A stretch of DNA of 23,199 nt from Methanobacteriota archaeon (GTDB lineage Archaea; Thermoplasmatota; Thermoplasmata; UBA10834). This document shows, in pieces, positions 7,312 through 16,878 of the stretch. Numbering within the stretch: position 1 is the stretch's first letter; each line of letters begins with the position of its first letter. A program made the translations under genes and the position numbers. The notes below the pieces were generated by a model. That model made no database searches, was not told the DNA's origin, and saw nothing but the letters and a program-made list of their open reading frames with translations. The stretch spans positions 920,451 to 943,649 of the forward strand of contig CP070736.1 of the NCBI GenBank assembly GCA_020347645.1. Direction: 5' to 3'.

Positions 7312-9473
7312 GCACCCTCCGCCCTATTCGCATCTTTCTTTGTCTTGCCGGCCGCCCTGCCAACACCTCCAAGGGCTGACGCGATTTCCGAAGTTATCTG
7401 CTCATCAGTGAACTGGTTCGCCGCTATGGCTTTTTGCGGACACGCCGGGACACAAGTCCCGCATCCATGACAGAGCGCTTCCACGATCTTCGCTTTTGAG
7501 CCCGTCTCGCTTTCGTGGACTTCCGGCGCGCCATAAGGACACATCTCAACGCACAGCCCGCATCCGACGCAAAGCTCTTCATCGACAATTGCTGTCAGAG
7601 GTTCAATTCTAACCTGTTTGCCAGCCATGATTGCGGCTGCGGATGCCGCAGCCGCTTTCGCCTGGGCCACCGAATCTGGGATGTCCTTGGGACCCTGTGC
7701 GCATCCCGCGAGGTATATGCCATCGATGGCGGTGTCGACAGGTCGGAGCTTTGGGTGCGCTTCCTGAAAGAATCCATCAGAGCTGAGAGAAAGCGGCAAG
7801 ACCTTGCCAATCCTCTTGCTTCCCTCGGACGGTTTGAGCCCCGTCGCTAGAACAATCAGGTCGAACTCCCTCTCCGTGATCTTGCTGAGCAGGGTCTCCT
7901 CCGCTCTTATCGTGATGGAGCCGGTTTCCGGATTCTCACTAAGCTTTGCTGGCCGACCTCTTATGAATTCAATTCCGTACTCTTCTCTAACGCGATGGTA
8001 CAGTTCCTCGAAGCCCTTCCCAAACGCTCTGATGTCATTGTAGTAAACAGCGATATCGGTGTCGGGTTGGTGCTCCTTGATTATCTGCGCATTCTTGATT
8101 GTATACATGCAGCAGACCCGCGAGCAGTAGGCGGATCCCAACTTCCTGTTCCTCGATCCTACGCATTGGATGAATGCAACCCTCTTTGGCGGCTTTCCAT
8201 CGGATGGTCTGATGAAATTCCCTCCAGTAGGACCCGAGGCGTTTATCAATCGTTCGAGTTCCAGGCCTGTTATGACGTTCCGGGACTCCCAATACCTGTA
8301 AACATCCCGCTTCTTCGGGACATATATGTCGAAGCCAGTGGCGCAAATGATCGTGCCGACTTTCAACTCAATTTCATCGTCGACAATTTCGTAATCTATT
8401 GCATCGTTGGAGCAAGCCTTGACACAAGCTCCGCATTTGCCGGTCTTGAAGTGAATGCAGTTCTCTCTATCGATCGTATACTTGAGCGGGACCGCCTGTG
8501 GAAAGGGAACGTAGATTGCCTTCCTCTTGCCAAAGCCTAGGTCGAACTTGTTGTCGACTTTGACCGGGCATGCGTCGGCACACACTCCACACCCGACGCA
8601 CTTGCTCTCATCGACATAGCGAGCCTTCTTCCTGACCTTCACATTATAATTGCCTATGAACCCGTGGATTTCTTCGACCTCGGAATATGAAAGGAGTGTG
8701 ATGTTTGGGTGCCTCGATAGCTCCACCATTTTGGGGGCCAATATACATATGGCACAGTCTCCCGTCGGAAAAGTCTTGTCCAATTGGGCCATGCGGCCGC
8801 CAATACTCGGCTCGGATTCGACGACGTAGACTTTAAATCCCATCTCCGCCAGGTCGAGTGCGGCTTGGATCCCCGCCACTCCTCCCCCAATAACCAGTGA
8901 CGATTGCTCTACGGGCACCTCTCTGGCCTCAAGCGGTTCTAGCCTTGCAGCCTTTGCTACCCCCATTCTCACTAGACCGATCGCCTTCTCAGTAGCCTTG
9001 TCTTTCTCTCGGGAGTGCACCCAAGAGCACTGCTCTCTGAGATTTACCATCTGCAACAGATACGGGTTGAGGCCAGCCTGCTTGACACAGTTCCTGAAAG
9101 TCGGTTCATGCATCCTTGGAGAGCACGCGGCAATGACAACTCTCTCGACCCCATTCTGTTTGATTGCAGAAATTATCTCATCCTGTCCAAGGTCTGAACA
9201 GGTGTACTTATTCTCTTTGGCAGTGACAACGCCCGGCAGCTTCTCTGCGGCCTCCCTGACTTTTGACGGATTAACGGTGCCTGCTATGTTGCTGCCGCAA
9301 TGACAGATGAAGACGCCTATACGCGGATTCGAAGAGATGCTATTCACCTCTCTCGCCGTTTCTCCGACTCCGTTTTCTCCGAGCGACTCATATGAATTCA
9401 CATCATCACTCCATGCTAAGACCGGCATTACTTCGTTTAGTCCGAGTAATCCCGCAATTACCGTTAAGCGCAA
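7308..9473 (-). CDS. hdrA: Heterodisulfide reductase subunit A, classical domain order (N-terminal Cys-cluster domain, FAD domain, inserted ferredoxin, C-terminal ferredoxin)
   Basis: The ORF-track start at 9473 is a TTG. In-frame alternatives are ATG at 9428 and a GTG at 9401 preceded by GGAGTGA, and the true N-terminus is probably one of these. Sequence shows [16 protein letters not shown]...CSDLGQ...AACSPRMHE...EQCSWVH, then [35 protein letters not shown]...CSRVCC, and C-terminal [12 protein letters not shown]...[12 protein letters not shown]. Confidence 0.9.
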   Translation of the reverse strand: MRLTVIAGLLGLNEVMPVLAWSDDVNSYESLGENGVGETAREVNSISSNPRIGVFICHCGSNIAGTVNPSKVREAAEKLPGVVTAKENKYTCSDLGQDEIISAIKQNGVERVVIAACSPRMHEPTFRNCVKQAGLNPYLLQMVNLREQCSWVHSREKDKATEKAIGLVRMGVAKAARLEPLEAREVPVEQSSLVIGGGVAGIQAALDLAEMGFKVYVVESEPSIGGRMAQLDKTFPTGDCAICILAPKMVELSRHPNITLLSYSEVEEIHGFIGNYNVKVRKKARYVDESKCVGCGVCADACPVKVDNKFDLGFGKRKAIYVPFPQAVPLKYTIDRENCIHFKTGKCGACVKACSNDAIDYEIVDDEIELKVGTIICATGFDIYVPKKRDVYRYWESRNVITGLELERLINASGPTGGNFIRPSDGKPPKRVAFIQCVGSRNRKLGSAYCSRVCCMYTIKNAQIIKEHQPDTDIAVYYNDIRAFGKGFEELYHRVREEYGIEFIRGRPAKLSENPETGSITIRAEETLLSKITEREFDLIVLATGLKPSEGSKRIGKVLPLSLSSDGFFQEAHPKLRPVDTAIDGIYLAGCAQGPKDIPDSVAQAKAAAASAAAIMAGKQVRIEPLTAIVDEELCVGCGLCVEMCPYGAPEVHESETGSKAKIVEALCHGCGTCVPACPQKAIAANQFTDEQITSEIASALGGVGRAAGKTKKDANRAEGA

Positions 9474-9541
9474 AGACCGACTTAATTACTCGGCCCTGAT
9501 TTCATATCTGGAGATTAGTGTTTCGTGTAGCAGAAGGACAG

Positions 9542-9556
9542 TTAATATAGCTTTCG
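9542..9556 (-). promoter_or_regulatory. Candidate archaeal BRE/TATA element for the hdrACB-mvhD operon
   Basis: The minus strand reads CGAAAGC-TATATTAA (purine-rich BRE followed by an 8-bp TATA) inside the only AT-rich stretch of the window. It lies 70-115 nt upstream of the candidate hdrA start codons. Confidence 0.3.
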
Positions 9557-9826
9557 TTGTCAATATTTCTAAAAACGCATTGACGTCTGCGATAATTGTT
9601 AACAGGTCTCCTTAAGAAGGCCGGCAAGTGTACAGTAATGTATTCGCATATTCGAAGTCCAGTTTTCTGGATATGCGGTAGATTTGACAATCTTACACAC
9701 TTGTCGGCATTTTTAGGCAAATCAATAGCATCCCCACCCACTCCTCATTAGGAAATTCGCAACCATCACATCGCTTTACATTTGGGAAGATCGCTCACAT
9801 TCGCATTTCTTTCTGATGATAGGTCT

Positions 9827-10918
9827 TCAAGTCTTGTCGAGTCTTGTACGACGGTATCTGTGCGAGATATGGCAACTCCCTTCGCGCGAAACCATGCATG
9901 GTCCAATAGGATTCTCCGGAGTACATTTCCTGTCAAACAGTGGGCATTCCTCGCTTGTTATGATGCCCCGTAGAATCTCGCCACACCTGCAACCATCAGG
10001 CTCTATGCATTCCGCGTCTGCGGCGGCAGCAATTGTATCAGAGAAACGCTTGCTGGCATCGTGAATCTCAAGCTCGTTCTTCACCGACATCCCACTTTCG
10101 GGGATCACAGGGAATCCACGCCAGATAGCGTCTGTCGGCGTAAAAGCATCCCTAATAGCCTTCAGCGCCGTCGGGTTTCCGGCTGGTTTCACCACTCGCG
10201 AGTATTCGTTCTGCACCTCGCCCCTCCCCTCGGAGTGCTGTTTGGCCAAGAGGTAGACAGCCACCATGAGATCGAGGGGCTCGAAACCGGCCACAACCTG
10301 AGGTATTCCGTACTCTTCCGACAGAAATTCGTAGGGCGCGGTGCCGATAATTGCGCTCACGTGGCCAGGTTGAATCATGCCGTGGAGCTTTATCTCCCCC
10401 ATCGAAGATATCGCTCTCAGAGCCGGGGGAACGATTCTATGGAAACTCAGAACAGAGAAGTTATCCGGCGGACTCGATAGAAGGGCCGTAGCCGTTGTGG
10501 GCGCAGTTGTCTCAAAGCCGATTCCTACGAAGACCACCTCACCATGCGATTGTCTGGCAATATCAACCGCGTCGTCCACGCCGAAAACGATTCTGACGTC
10601 TCCTCCCTCGGCTTTGATGTCCCCGAGCGATTGCCTCTTGCCAGGAACTCTCATCAGGTCCCCGAATGCTGCTATAGTTATTCCAGCCCTTGCGAGTGCC
10701 ATCGTCGTTTCAATCTCCTGCGGTGGCGTTATGCACACCGGGCATCCTGGTCCTTGACGAATATCGATTCCGACTCTTTGAAATTCGCTGTCAAGACCGA
10801 ACCTGACGAGGGTGTCTTGGTGGGTGCCGCAAACGTGCATGAGGGTGATGTCGAGCCTCATCTCTTTCAGCTCTTTCAGTATCTTTTGGGACATCTCCCT
10901 GTCTCTCAGCCTAAACAT
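9827..10918 (-). CDS. hypD: [NiFe]-hydrogenase maturation factor HypD
   Basis: 363-aa ORF with MHVCGTHQD, GPGCPVCITP, FETTAP and a C-terminal Cys cluster (CRCG...ECPLF...C). Starts at ATG; overlaps hypA by 8 nt. Confidence 0.9.
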   Translation of the reverse strand: MFRLRDREMSQKILKELKEMRLDITLMHVCGTHQDTLVRFGLDSEFQRVGIDIRQGPGCPVCITPPQEIETTMALARAGITIAAFGDLMRVPGKRQSLGDIKAEGGDVRIVFGVDDAVDIARQSHGEVVFVGIGFETTAPTTATALLSSPPDNFSVLSFHRIVPPALRAISSMGEIKLHGMIQPGHVSAIIGTAPYEFLSEEYGIPQVVAGFEPLDLMVAVYLLAKQHSEGRGEVQNEYSRVVKPAGNPTALKAIRDAFTPTDAIWRGFPVIPESGMSVKNELEIHDASKRFSDTIAAAADAECIEPDGCRCGEILRGIITSEECPLFDRKCTPENPIGPCMVSREGSCHISHRYRRTRLDKT

Positions 10919-11285
10919 CCGGCACCACCATAGCGATGTTCCTTATGACGCAGTCACGGCCGCCTGTGACCTTTGCGAGATCCCCGCATCTTGGGCATTC
11001 GAACGCAGAAGCCAGAGCATGGGGCCTGTCGTTCGATGGCGACGTCTTTCCTCTGAATCCGCAGCTGCATTCAATCTCGCCATCCACGGTTTGCAGGTCC
11101 AAGATCGCCCCTTCGAGCAGGGTATTCTTAGACAACACTTCGAAGGCGAATCTAAGCTGATAGTGCCCGAGCATGGTGAACTCTCCCAGCTCGACTGTGA
11201 CCCTCTCTATCCTGGACGCGTTCCTGCTTTTCGCCTCATCGATTACGCTGGTGACTATTTCGCTCATAACGGAAAACTCATGCAT
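10911..11285 (-). CDS. hypA: Hydrogenase nickel-insertion protein HypA
   Basis: 124-aa ORF. Begins MHEFSVMSEIV (conserved MHE). Has two zinc-site motifs, CSCG and CPRCG. Confidence 0.85.
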   Translation of the reverse strand: MHEFSVMSEIVTSVIDEAKSRNASRIERVTVELGEFTMLGHYQLRFAFEVLSKNTLLEGAILDLQTVDGEIECSCGFRGKTSPSNDRPHALASAFECPRCGDLAKVTGGRDCVIRNIAMVVPDV

Positions 11286-11288
11286 GAC

Positions 11289-11516
11289 TCAAGCCCCGGC
11301 ATCGTCCTGCGTAAGCAGCTCCCTAAACAGTTGGAGAGTTTTCTCCGCCTCCTCTCTGTCGAGTACTTCAATCGCGTATCCAGCATGCACTATGACGAAA
11401 TCTCCGACTTTGGCGTCGACGAGCGATATGTTCACAGATCTCGCGACTCCTCCGAAGTCGGCTTTTGCCACTGCCCCGTCTATGGTTATGATTTCTGCCG
11501 GAACAGCAAGGCACAT
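11289..11516 (-). CDS. hypC: Hydrogenase assembly chaperone HypC
   Basis: 75-aa ORF beginning MCLAVPAEII (HypC signature N-terminal Cys2). Confidence 0.9.
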   Translation of the reverse strand: MCLAVPAEIITIDGAVAKADFGGVARSVNISLVDAKVGDFVIVHAGYAIEVLDREEAEKTLQLFRELLTQDDAGA

Positions 11517-11551
11517 CGCAGCGTCATTATGAATGGTTCGTTCATAAAGTT

Positions 11552-13759
11552 TTAGCCGAGCAGGCTGCCAGCTATCGCGTTTTGACCTGTGGATATGCCA
11601 CCGTCTCCGTTTGGAACTCGCTCGTGGGTCACAAAGAAGAGACCATTCCTTGAAATCGTTCGCTCAACCCAATTCGAAATTGGATTGCTGTATGAGACTC
11701 CTCCAGTCAAGCCCACATTCGAGAACCCCTTCTTCTCCGCAATCTCGCAGGCTTTTTCAGCAAGCGCTGAGACAAGCGAGCAAACGAAAGACGCCGCCAC
11801 ATCAGCCTTTTGAGTGTTTGTGTCCATGCGTGTTTCTAGTATTCTCGCGAACATCGGCACTGTCTCCGCGTACTCAATCCCATTCCGCACTCCGAACTTC
11901 ACCTCGAAGTCGTTGCTGACGCTACCTTTCTCCAGCCATCTCTCGAGCTTGATTGCCGGCTCCCCCTCGTAAGTCCGTTTGCAGGAGAAGCCGAGAATGC
12001 AGGATAAAGCGTCGAGTACGCGACCCATGCTGGACGCCTTGACGCTGTTACCCATCATCTTGGAGTAGATGTCCACCTCCTCAGAACGAACGAGCGTCGG
12101 CTCCAACCCTATCATGAGTTGGAGAGCAGTGACAACTCTTCTGGGGTCTAATACGGCTTTATCTCCTCCCAGCAGAGGTAAGCCCTGCAACGTGCATAGC
12201 CTCTTGTATTTCCGGAAATCGGCGAGCAATGTCTCACCGCCCCATGATGTGCCGTCATCACCATAGCCAGTCCCGTCCCAGGCCAGGGCGACGATGGGCT
12301 CGAAGACCCTTCGATCTATCATGAGTGAAGCAGCGTGAGCGTGGTAGTGTTGCACCTCCACCATCTGACAGCCGTGTTCCTCAGCCAGTTGTCTAGCCAT
12401 TATTCTCGTAGAATATCTGGGATGCTTATCAAGGGAAATCGCATCAACATGCTCGGTTCCAAGCAATCCCGAGAGGTGACGTATTGCATTCCCTAGGTAT
12501 TGAAGCGTAGGGTGTTGTTGCGATTCTCCAATGTATTGGGTAAGGAATATCTCCCTGTTTCGGGTGATTGAGCCCGTGACATCCCATTGAGCTCCCACTC
12601 CTATGACAGTCTTGTCGTGATTCGCCTCAAGAGGGAGCGGCACAAATCCTCGGGATTTCCTAATGAAGCTGAGGTGATCGCCCCGCGGTTTCACAACGCT
12701 GTCGTCGCATCTGTGAATTATCCTGCGGTCGTGTAGCAGGTAGCAGTCTAATCCGAGTTCGAATGCCTTCGAGTTTTCCACCACCATCGGCTCTCCGGGC
12801 GGGTTCGCAGATGTCATTATCACCGCGTCCGCTTCCAGATGTGCGAATAGCAGCATGTGCGCAGCGGAGTAGGGCAACATGATACCCACATTATCCAAAC
12901 CCGGTGCAACCCCTTCCAGTGCCGACATTACCTCTTCCTTCTTCTTCAGGAGCACGATCGGTCTCTGGGGTGATCTAAGCACCCTTTCCTCGGCTTCGCT
13001 GACGTAGGCGTACCGCTTCGCGGCCTCAATGTCCCTTGTCATTATCGCATACGGCTTGTCTCCACGACGGTAGATCTTCCTCAGTCTCGGCGAACTTGCG
13101 AGTGCACAGACTATGTGCATCCCACCCCATCCCTTCAGAATGCCTACCCGCCCGTCATCGATATTTCTGGCGAATTCAAAGAAAGGTTCTCCTGCGACGA
13201 CCTCCCCGATGTGATCACGCAGCTCGTATGTCGGACCACATTCAGGGCAAGAGATTACCTGCGCGTGAAACCGCCTGTTCTCAGGATATTCATATTCGTC
13301 TAGGCAGGACTCGCACATTCTAAAATCCGACATACTGGTCCTGTCACGGTCGAAAGGCACACCCGTGATGATCGTGAACCGTGGTCCGCACTCAGTGCAA
13401 TTGGTGAATGGGTATCGATGTCTCTTGTCAGTGCATCTTTCGAAGTCGTCAACGCAGTTACCGCAAATCGCGGTGTCGGTGGGGATGAGGGATTCCTTTC
13501 TTCCCTCTCTGCTCCCCACTATCGAAAAGCCTTGTTGACCGCAATCGTACTCCTCAATCTCCACCCGGTCGATTCTCGCGAGTGACGGCAGCGCTTTCCT
13601 CAACCTCTTGAGGAACTCGTCGACGTCGCGATCCACGCAAATCTCCGCGTTCGAACCGTTGTTCAGAACATAGCCGTTGAGTCCCATCGCTCTGGCCACT
13701 CTGTATACAGTTGGTCTGAACCCAACACCTTGGACAACGCCGTAAACAGTAACTCTCAT
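11552..13759 (-). CDS. hypF: Carbamoyltransferase HypF
   Basis: 735-aa ORF. Has an acylphosphatase-like N-terminus (VYGVVQGVGFRPTVYRVA), two CxxC...CxxC zinc-finger pairs, and YrdC-like and Kae1-like domains. Strong SD (GGATAGGAG) upstream of the ATG. Confidence 0.9.
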   Translation of the reverse strand: MRVTVYGVVQGVGFRPTVYRVARAMGLNGYVLNNGSNAEICVDRDVDEFLKRLRKALPSLARIDRVEIEEYDCGQQGFSIVGSREGRKESLIPTDTAICGNCVDDFERCTDKRHRYPFTNCTECGPRFTIITGVPFDRDRTSMSDFRMCESCLDEYEYPENRRFHAQVISCPECGPTYELRDHIGEVVAGEPFFEFARNIDDGRVGILKGWGGMHIVCALASSPRLRKIYRRGDKPYAIMTRDIEAAKRYAYVSEAEERVLRSPQRPIVLLKKKEEVMSALEGVAPGLDNVGIMLPYSAAHMLLFAHLEADAVIMTSANPPGEPMVVENSKAFELGLDCYLLHDRRIIHRCDDSVVKPRGDHLSFIRKSRGFVPLPLEANHDKTVIGVGAQWDVTGSITRNREIFLTQYIGESQQHPTLQYLGNAIRHLSGLLGTEHVDAISLDKHPRYSTRIMARQLAEEHGCQMVEVQHYHAHAASLMIDRRVFEPIVALAWDGTGYGDDGTSWGGETLLADFRKYKRLCTLQGLPLLGGDKAVLDPRRVVTALQLMIGLEPTLVRSEEVDIYSKMMGNSVKASSMGRVLDALSCILGFSCKRTYEGEPAIKLERWLEKGSVSNDFEVKFGVRNGIEYAETVPMFARILETRMDTNTQKADVAASFVCSLVSALAEKACEIAEKKGFSNVGLTGGVSYSNPISNWVERTISRNGLFFVTHERVPNGDGGISTGQNAIAGSLLG

Positions 13760-13769
13760 CTCCTATCCT

Positions 13770-14420
13770 CTAGAGCTCCAGTGCCGATAGAAGATCATCG
13801 ACTCCAGTTCCATTTCGAGCATCCATGGCGATGATGTCCGCCTTCGGGTTTGCCTTCCTCGCATCTCCTTCGAGCGTTTCGATGTTGACTTCCATAGCAT
13901 CAGCCAGCCCAATCTTGTTGATTACTATGATATCCGAGAAGGCGAAAATTGCGGGATGTTTTCTAACCATATCATCCCCTTCCGTGACGCTTATAACGAC
14001 AATCCTCTTGTGCGATCCAAGCGGGAAATCGACCGGACAGACCAGGTTTCCAACATTCTCGATGAAGAGGTAATCGAGCTCACTCAACGGTAGCTTCTCG
14101 AGCGCGTGATCAACCAGATGCGCATCGAGGTGACATTCTTTGCCTGTGCTTATGTTGACTCCGGGTATGTCATGTGATACGAATCGTCTATAATCATCGT
14201 CTCCTGATACGTCACCGGAGATGGCGGCACACTTCTTGCCCTTCGCTTTCAGCCGATCTATCAACCTCTCGATTATCAGCGTCTTGCCGGAGCCTATGCC
14301 TCCGAGGAAATCGAACGATCGAATGCCGTGCTCATCGAGCAAAGCCCTATTCTGTTCCGCCAGTTTCCTGTTGGCAGAGAGGATATTCTTCTCTAGGTCA
14401 ACGTCGACAGTCTTGTGCAT
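13770..14420 (-). CDS. hypB: Hydrogenase nickel-incorporation GTPase HypB
   Basis: Has Walker A GGIGSGKT, ENVGNLVCP, and a GDD...Y motif. I placed the start at the in-frame ATG at 14420 (MHKTVDVD). The ORF track extends to a TTG at 14486, but the extra 22 residues are not HypB-like. Confidence 0.85.
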   Translation of the reverse strand: MHKTVDVDLEKNILSANRKLAEQNRALLDEHGIRSFDFLGGIGSGKTLIIERLIDRLKAKGKKCAAISGDVSGDDDYRRFVSHDIPGVNISTGKECHLDAHLVDHALEKLPLSELDYLFIENVGNLVCPVDFPLGSHKRIVVISVTEGDDMVRKHPAIFAFSDIIVINKIGLADAMEVNIETLEGDARKANPKADIIAMDARNGTGVDDLLSALEL

Positions 14421-14516
14421 GTTGTTGAGAAGCAGCCTTCTCGGAATAATCTTTTCGCCCCAAATGTGTGCCGCCGTTATCGGCAAGTGTTGAATTCTGC
14501 TACCTACTCTCCATCA

Positions 14517-14765
14517 ATGCCTATGAAGGAGACGTTCATATCGCATTCGACCTCAAAGCCAATGCGATGGATCAACAGGGTTGCCAAGAGTTCGACCAAG
14601 AAGGACAGAATTGAGGGGCCAGATCTGATTGGCGAAGTCGTTGCATTCCTCTTCATGTTCGCTGTACTATGGCTCATCGTGGCACATAAGACAAAGGAAA
14701 CAGGATTCCACATTGACTATTTCGGCGTGGTGGAGATACCCGGCGACCTTACCTGGCAGGGATAG
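14517..14765 (+). CDS. Hypothetical small membrane protein (one predicted TM helix)
   Basis: In-frame ATG inside track ORF 14415..14765. Encodes MPMKETF...VVAFLFMFAVLWLIVAHK... with a hydrophobic helix. No obvious SD, so it may be leaderless or spurious. Confidence 0.2.
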   Translation: MPMKETFISHSTSKPMRWINRVAKSSTKKDRIEGPDLIGEVVAFLFMFAVLWLIVAHKTKETGFHIDYFGVVEIPGDLTWQG

Positions 14766-14768
14766 ACG

Positions 14769-14777
14769 CTATATAAC
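14769..14777 (+). promoter_or_regulatory. Candidate TATA box for the Kelch-protein gene
   Basis: CTATATAAC sits about 85 nt upstream of the ATG at 14859, which is preceded by a GGTGAG SD. Confidence 0.3.
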
Positions 14778-14858
14778 TCGGTTTACGAATACTTCCGACA
14801 TGCTCGGAGCCGTTGGGGACTGATGCTCTATCGCGGCCGGGTGTGACAAGGTGAGAAG

Positions 14859-16508
14859 ATGACAAGTAGGAAAGTTGGCGAAACTGCGGTCCTTGCGGGA
14901 GTACTTGCGTTCCTGCTGGCATTCGCATCATTGAGCTTCATTGCGACCCCTGTCAGCGCAGCTCTGACAGGGGAATGGGTTGAAGAGACGTCCATGGGTG
15001 GGCCACGGGCGCAGGCCGTTATACTCTATGATGCGGAAGGAATCGCCTATGTGATAGGAGGAGTGAACAGCACATTACCCTACAGTGCAACGAACGAGAC
15101 AAATTCCTACGACTTGGATACAGGGTCGTGGGATTCCTTGGCTCCATTGCCATTTCCAACAAGGGGAGCAGCTGGCGCTGTGGGTCCCGACGGAAAGCTG
15201 TACATGTTCGGCGGAGAATACCCGGAAGACGCGGTCCAGATATATGACCCCGATTCCAATTCATGGCACCTTGGAACCAGCATGCCGACAGGCGTCTGGC
15301 AGGGCAGGGCAGGCATGGGTTACGATGGTATGATATACGTTATGGGTGGTGTCAATGGAACCTCCGGCATCACGGATTCGGTGCAGATCTACGATCCTAT
15401 GCTGGATTCATGGTCCCTGGGAGCCCCGATGCCCTACGCTCGAAACTCGGGGGCTCTCGTGAGCGTCTACGAGGGAAGCGGCTTCTATTACTTGGGAGGC
15501 AGCACCGTCTCATGGACTGACAGCAGCGCCACGGTCTACGTCTACTCAGTGGATGGAGACTTTTGGTACGGACTTGGGGATGAGATGCCAGTAACCGTGG
15601 CCTCGCAATCGTGTGCTATTGCCGTTGACGGGAACATCTTCGTGATGGGCGGCGGGGCCGATGGATACAACGTCGGCCCGGGTTATGACACAACCTATTG
15701 GTATGACACGTCTGATGGCGATTGGCACGACGGCCCCGCCCTCCCGGTCGGTGTGAGGCACGCGGGCGCTGTCGCGACTCCCGAGGGAATGCTCTACTTC
15801 TTCGGAGGCAACAACGATACGGATGTTATGAGCACCGTTCTCTCTCTTGAGGTCGCGCATTTGGAAGTTACCCTCTCGGGAACACCAGTGGCCCAAGGCG
15901 GTTTCTTGAATCTCGGGATCACGCTGGATTTAGCATTCGCACACCCGGACGGCTACTATGCAGACGCATATCTTATTTCGGACTCTGGAACTGTGCATTC
16001 AGTGTGGGAGGTCTGGGTCCCTGTCCTTGAACCCGCGGAGTTCGTGTTGGATATCCCGGCCGCAACGCCCGCAGGCGATTACACACTCGTTGTGGACGTG
16101 GGATTCTATCCATCGGACTTCCCAGAGAAGTCATTAGACGTAACCGTGACAGATGCATACACGTTCGAGGAGCAACTGGAGATGTTGAGGGCAAACTTGA
16201 CCGAACTCCTGGACGCTCAGGCGACGGACATCGCGGATCTTGAGGCGGCGCTCGACGCCCTGGAGGCTCAACTTTCCGACGCCGACGGCAACATCACCGA
16301 CTTGCAGACTCAGCTGGACGAGCTGCAGGATGTCCTGACCGAGATGCAGGAATCCATGAACGACGTACAGACATCGGTGGACAAGAAGACCGACAACTCT
16401 CTACAGTATGCCGTCATTGGCCTGCTCATCGTAGTCATCGTCCTCATGGTTCTCATGATGATCATGGGCCGCAGGCCTGGCGCGTCACCGCCTCCTCCTG
16501 ATGCGTGA
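14859..16508 (+). CDS. Secreted Kelch-repeat beta-propeller protein with coiled-coil stalk and C-terminal transmembrane anchor
   Basis: 549-aa ORF. Signal peptide MTSRKVGETAVLAGVLAFLLAFASLSFIATPVSA, then six repeats of the Kelch pattern (YDxxxxSW...MP...R...). Then an acidic Leu-heptad segment (LEMLRANLTELLDAQATDIADLEAALDALEAQL) and a terminal helix VIGLLIVVIVLMVLMMIMGRR with a Pro-rich tail. Confidence 0.8.
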   Translation: MTSRKVGETAVLAGVLAFLLAFASLSFIATPVSAALTGEWVEETSMGGPRAQAVILYDAEGIAYVIGGVNSTLPYSATNETNSYDLDTGSWDSLAPLPFPTRGAAGAVGPDGKLYMFGGEYPEDAVQIYDPDSNSWHLGTSMPTGVWQGRAGMGYDGMIYVMGGVNGTSGITDSVQIYDPMLDSWSLGAPMPYARNSGALVSVYEGSGFYYLGGSTVSWTDSSATVYVYSVDGDFWYGLGDEMPVTVASQSCAIAVDGNIFVMGGGADGYNVGPGYDTTYWYDTSDGDWHDGPALPVGVRHAGAVATPEGMLYFFGGNNDTDVMSTVLSLEVAHLEVTLSGTPVAQGGFLNLGITLDLAFAHPDGYYADAYLISDSGTVHSVWEVWVPVLEPAEFVLDIPAATPAGDYTLVVDVGFYPSDFPEKSLDVTVTDAYTFEEQLEMLRANLTELLDAQATDIADLEAALDALEAQLSDADGNITDLQTQLDELQDVLTEMQESMNDVQTSVDKKTDNSLQYAVIGLLIVVIVLMVLMMIMGRRPGASPPPPDA

Positions 16509-16590
16509 GGTGCGCGTAAATGTCGATGAATCGGGTGGAGAGACAGGCGTAATCCGCTGAACGCTCAAGAGGGATTGATTTCCCTCGCTA

Positions 16591-16620
16591 AACCCTTTTC
16601 CCATATTCTGTTTATGTTGC
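16591..16620 (+). terminator. Possible oligo-T termination signal after the Kelch gene
   Basis: T-runs (CCCTTTTCCC, CTGTTTATGTT) within 110 nt downstream of the stop. Archaeal termination uses oligo-T. The placement is weak. Confidence 0.2.
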
Positions 16621-16633
16621 ATTGTCTCACAGC

Positions 16634-16718
16634 TACAGAGGGATTCGAACCTCTGCCAAGCCAGTAGGTCCGAAGTCGGAGGAAATCAAGAGGAATTTCG
16701 TACCGGGGACAAACCCTT
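16634..16718 (-). repeat. tRNA-like repeat copy A (T-arm/acceptor-like core plus ~60-nt extension)
   Basis: The reverse complement contains GGTTCGAATCCCTCTG... About 95% identical to copy C over ~85 nt. Same orientation as copies B, C, E and D. Confidence 0.6.
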
Positions 16719-16878
16719 TTCAATCATTCCATGCCGAGAGAACTACCCTCTTTCAAGAAATGAATTCACTCGGCACTGAATTCGACTCGTTGGCTATGTT
16801 CTAAGAAGCGATTGGAGATTTCGGGAAGAGTGTTGAGAAGATTGATATCCACCAGCAAGATTACCCTGTGAGTAATCC

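Noticed and set aside
2365-9473. Possible in-frame TGA (selenocysteine) in hdrA/mvhD, as in some methanogens
   Set aside because: All hdrA and mvhD ORFs are continuous with Cys at the relevant positions. No internal TGA had to be read through.
9474-14858. Plus-strand ORFs overlapping the hyp genes and the hdrA upstream region (for example 10061..10480, 10812..11555, 14221..14493)
   Set aside because: Antisense to well-supported HypD, HypA, HypC, HypF and HypB coding sequences. No motifs and no ribosome-binding sites.
16622-16804. 60-aa plus-strand ORF covering repeat A
   Set aside because: It starts at TTG, is a translation of the tRNA-like repeat, and has no independent support. A similar artefact occurs at repeats B and D.
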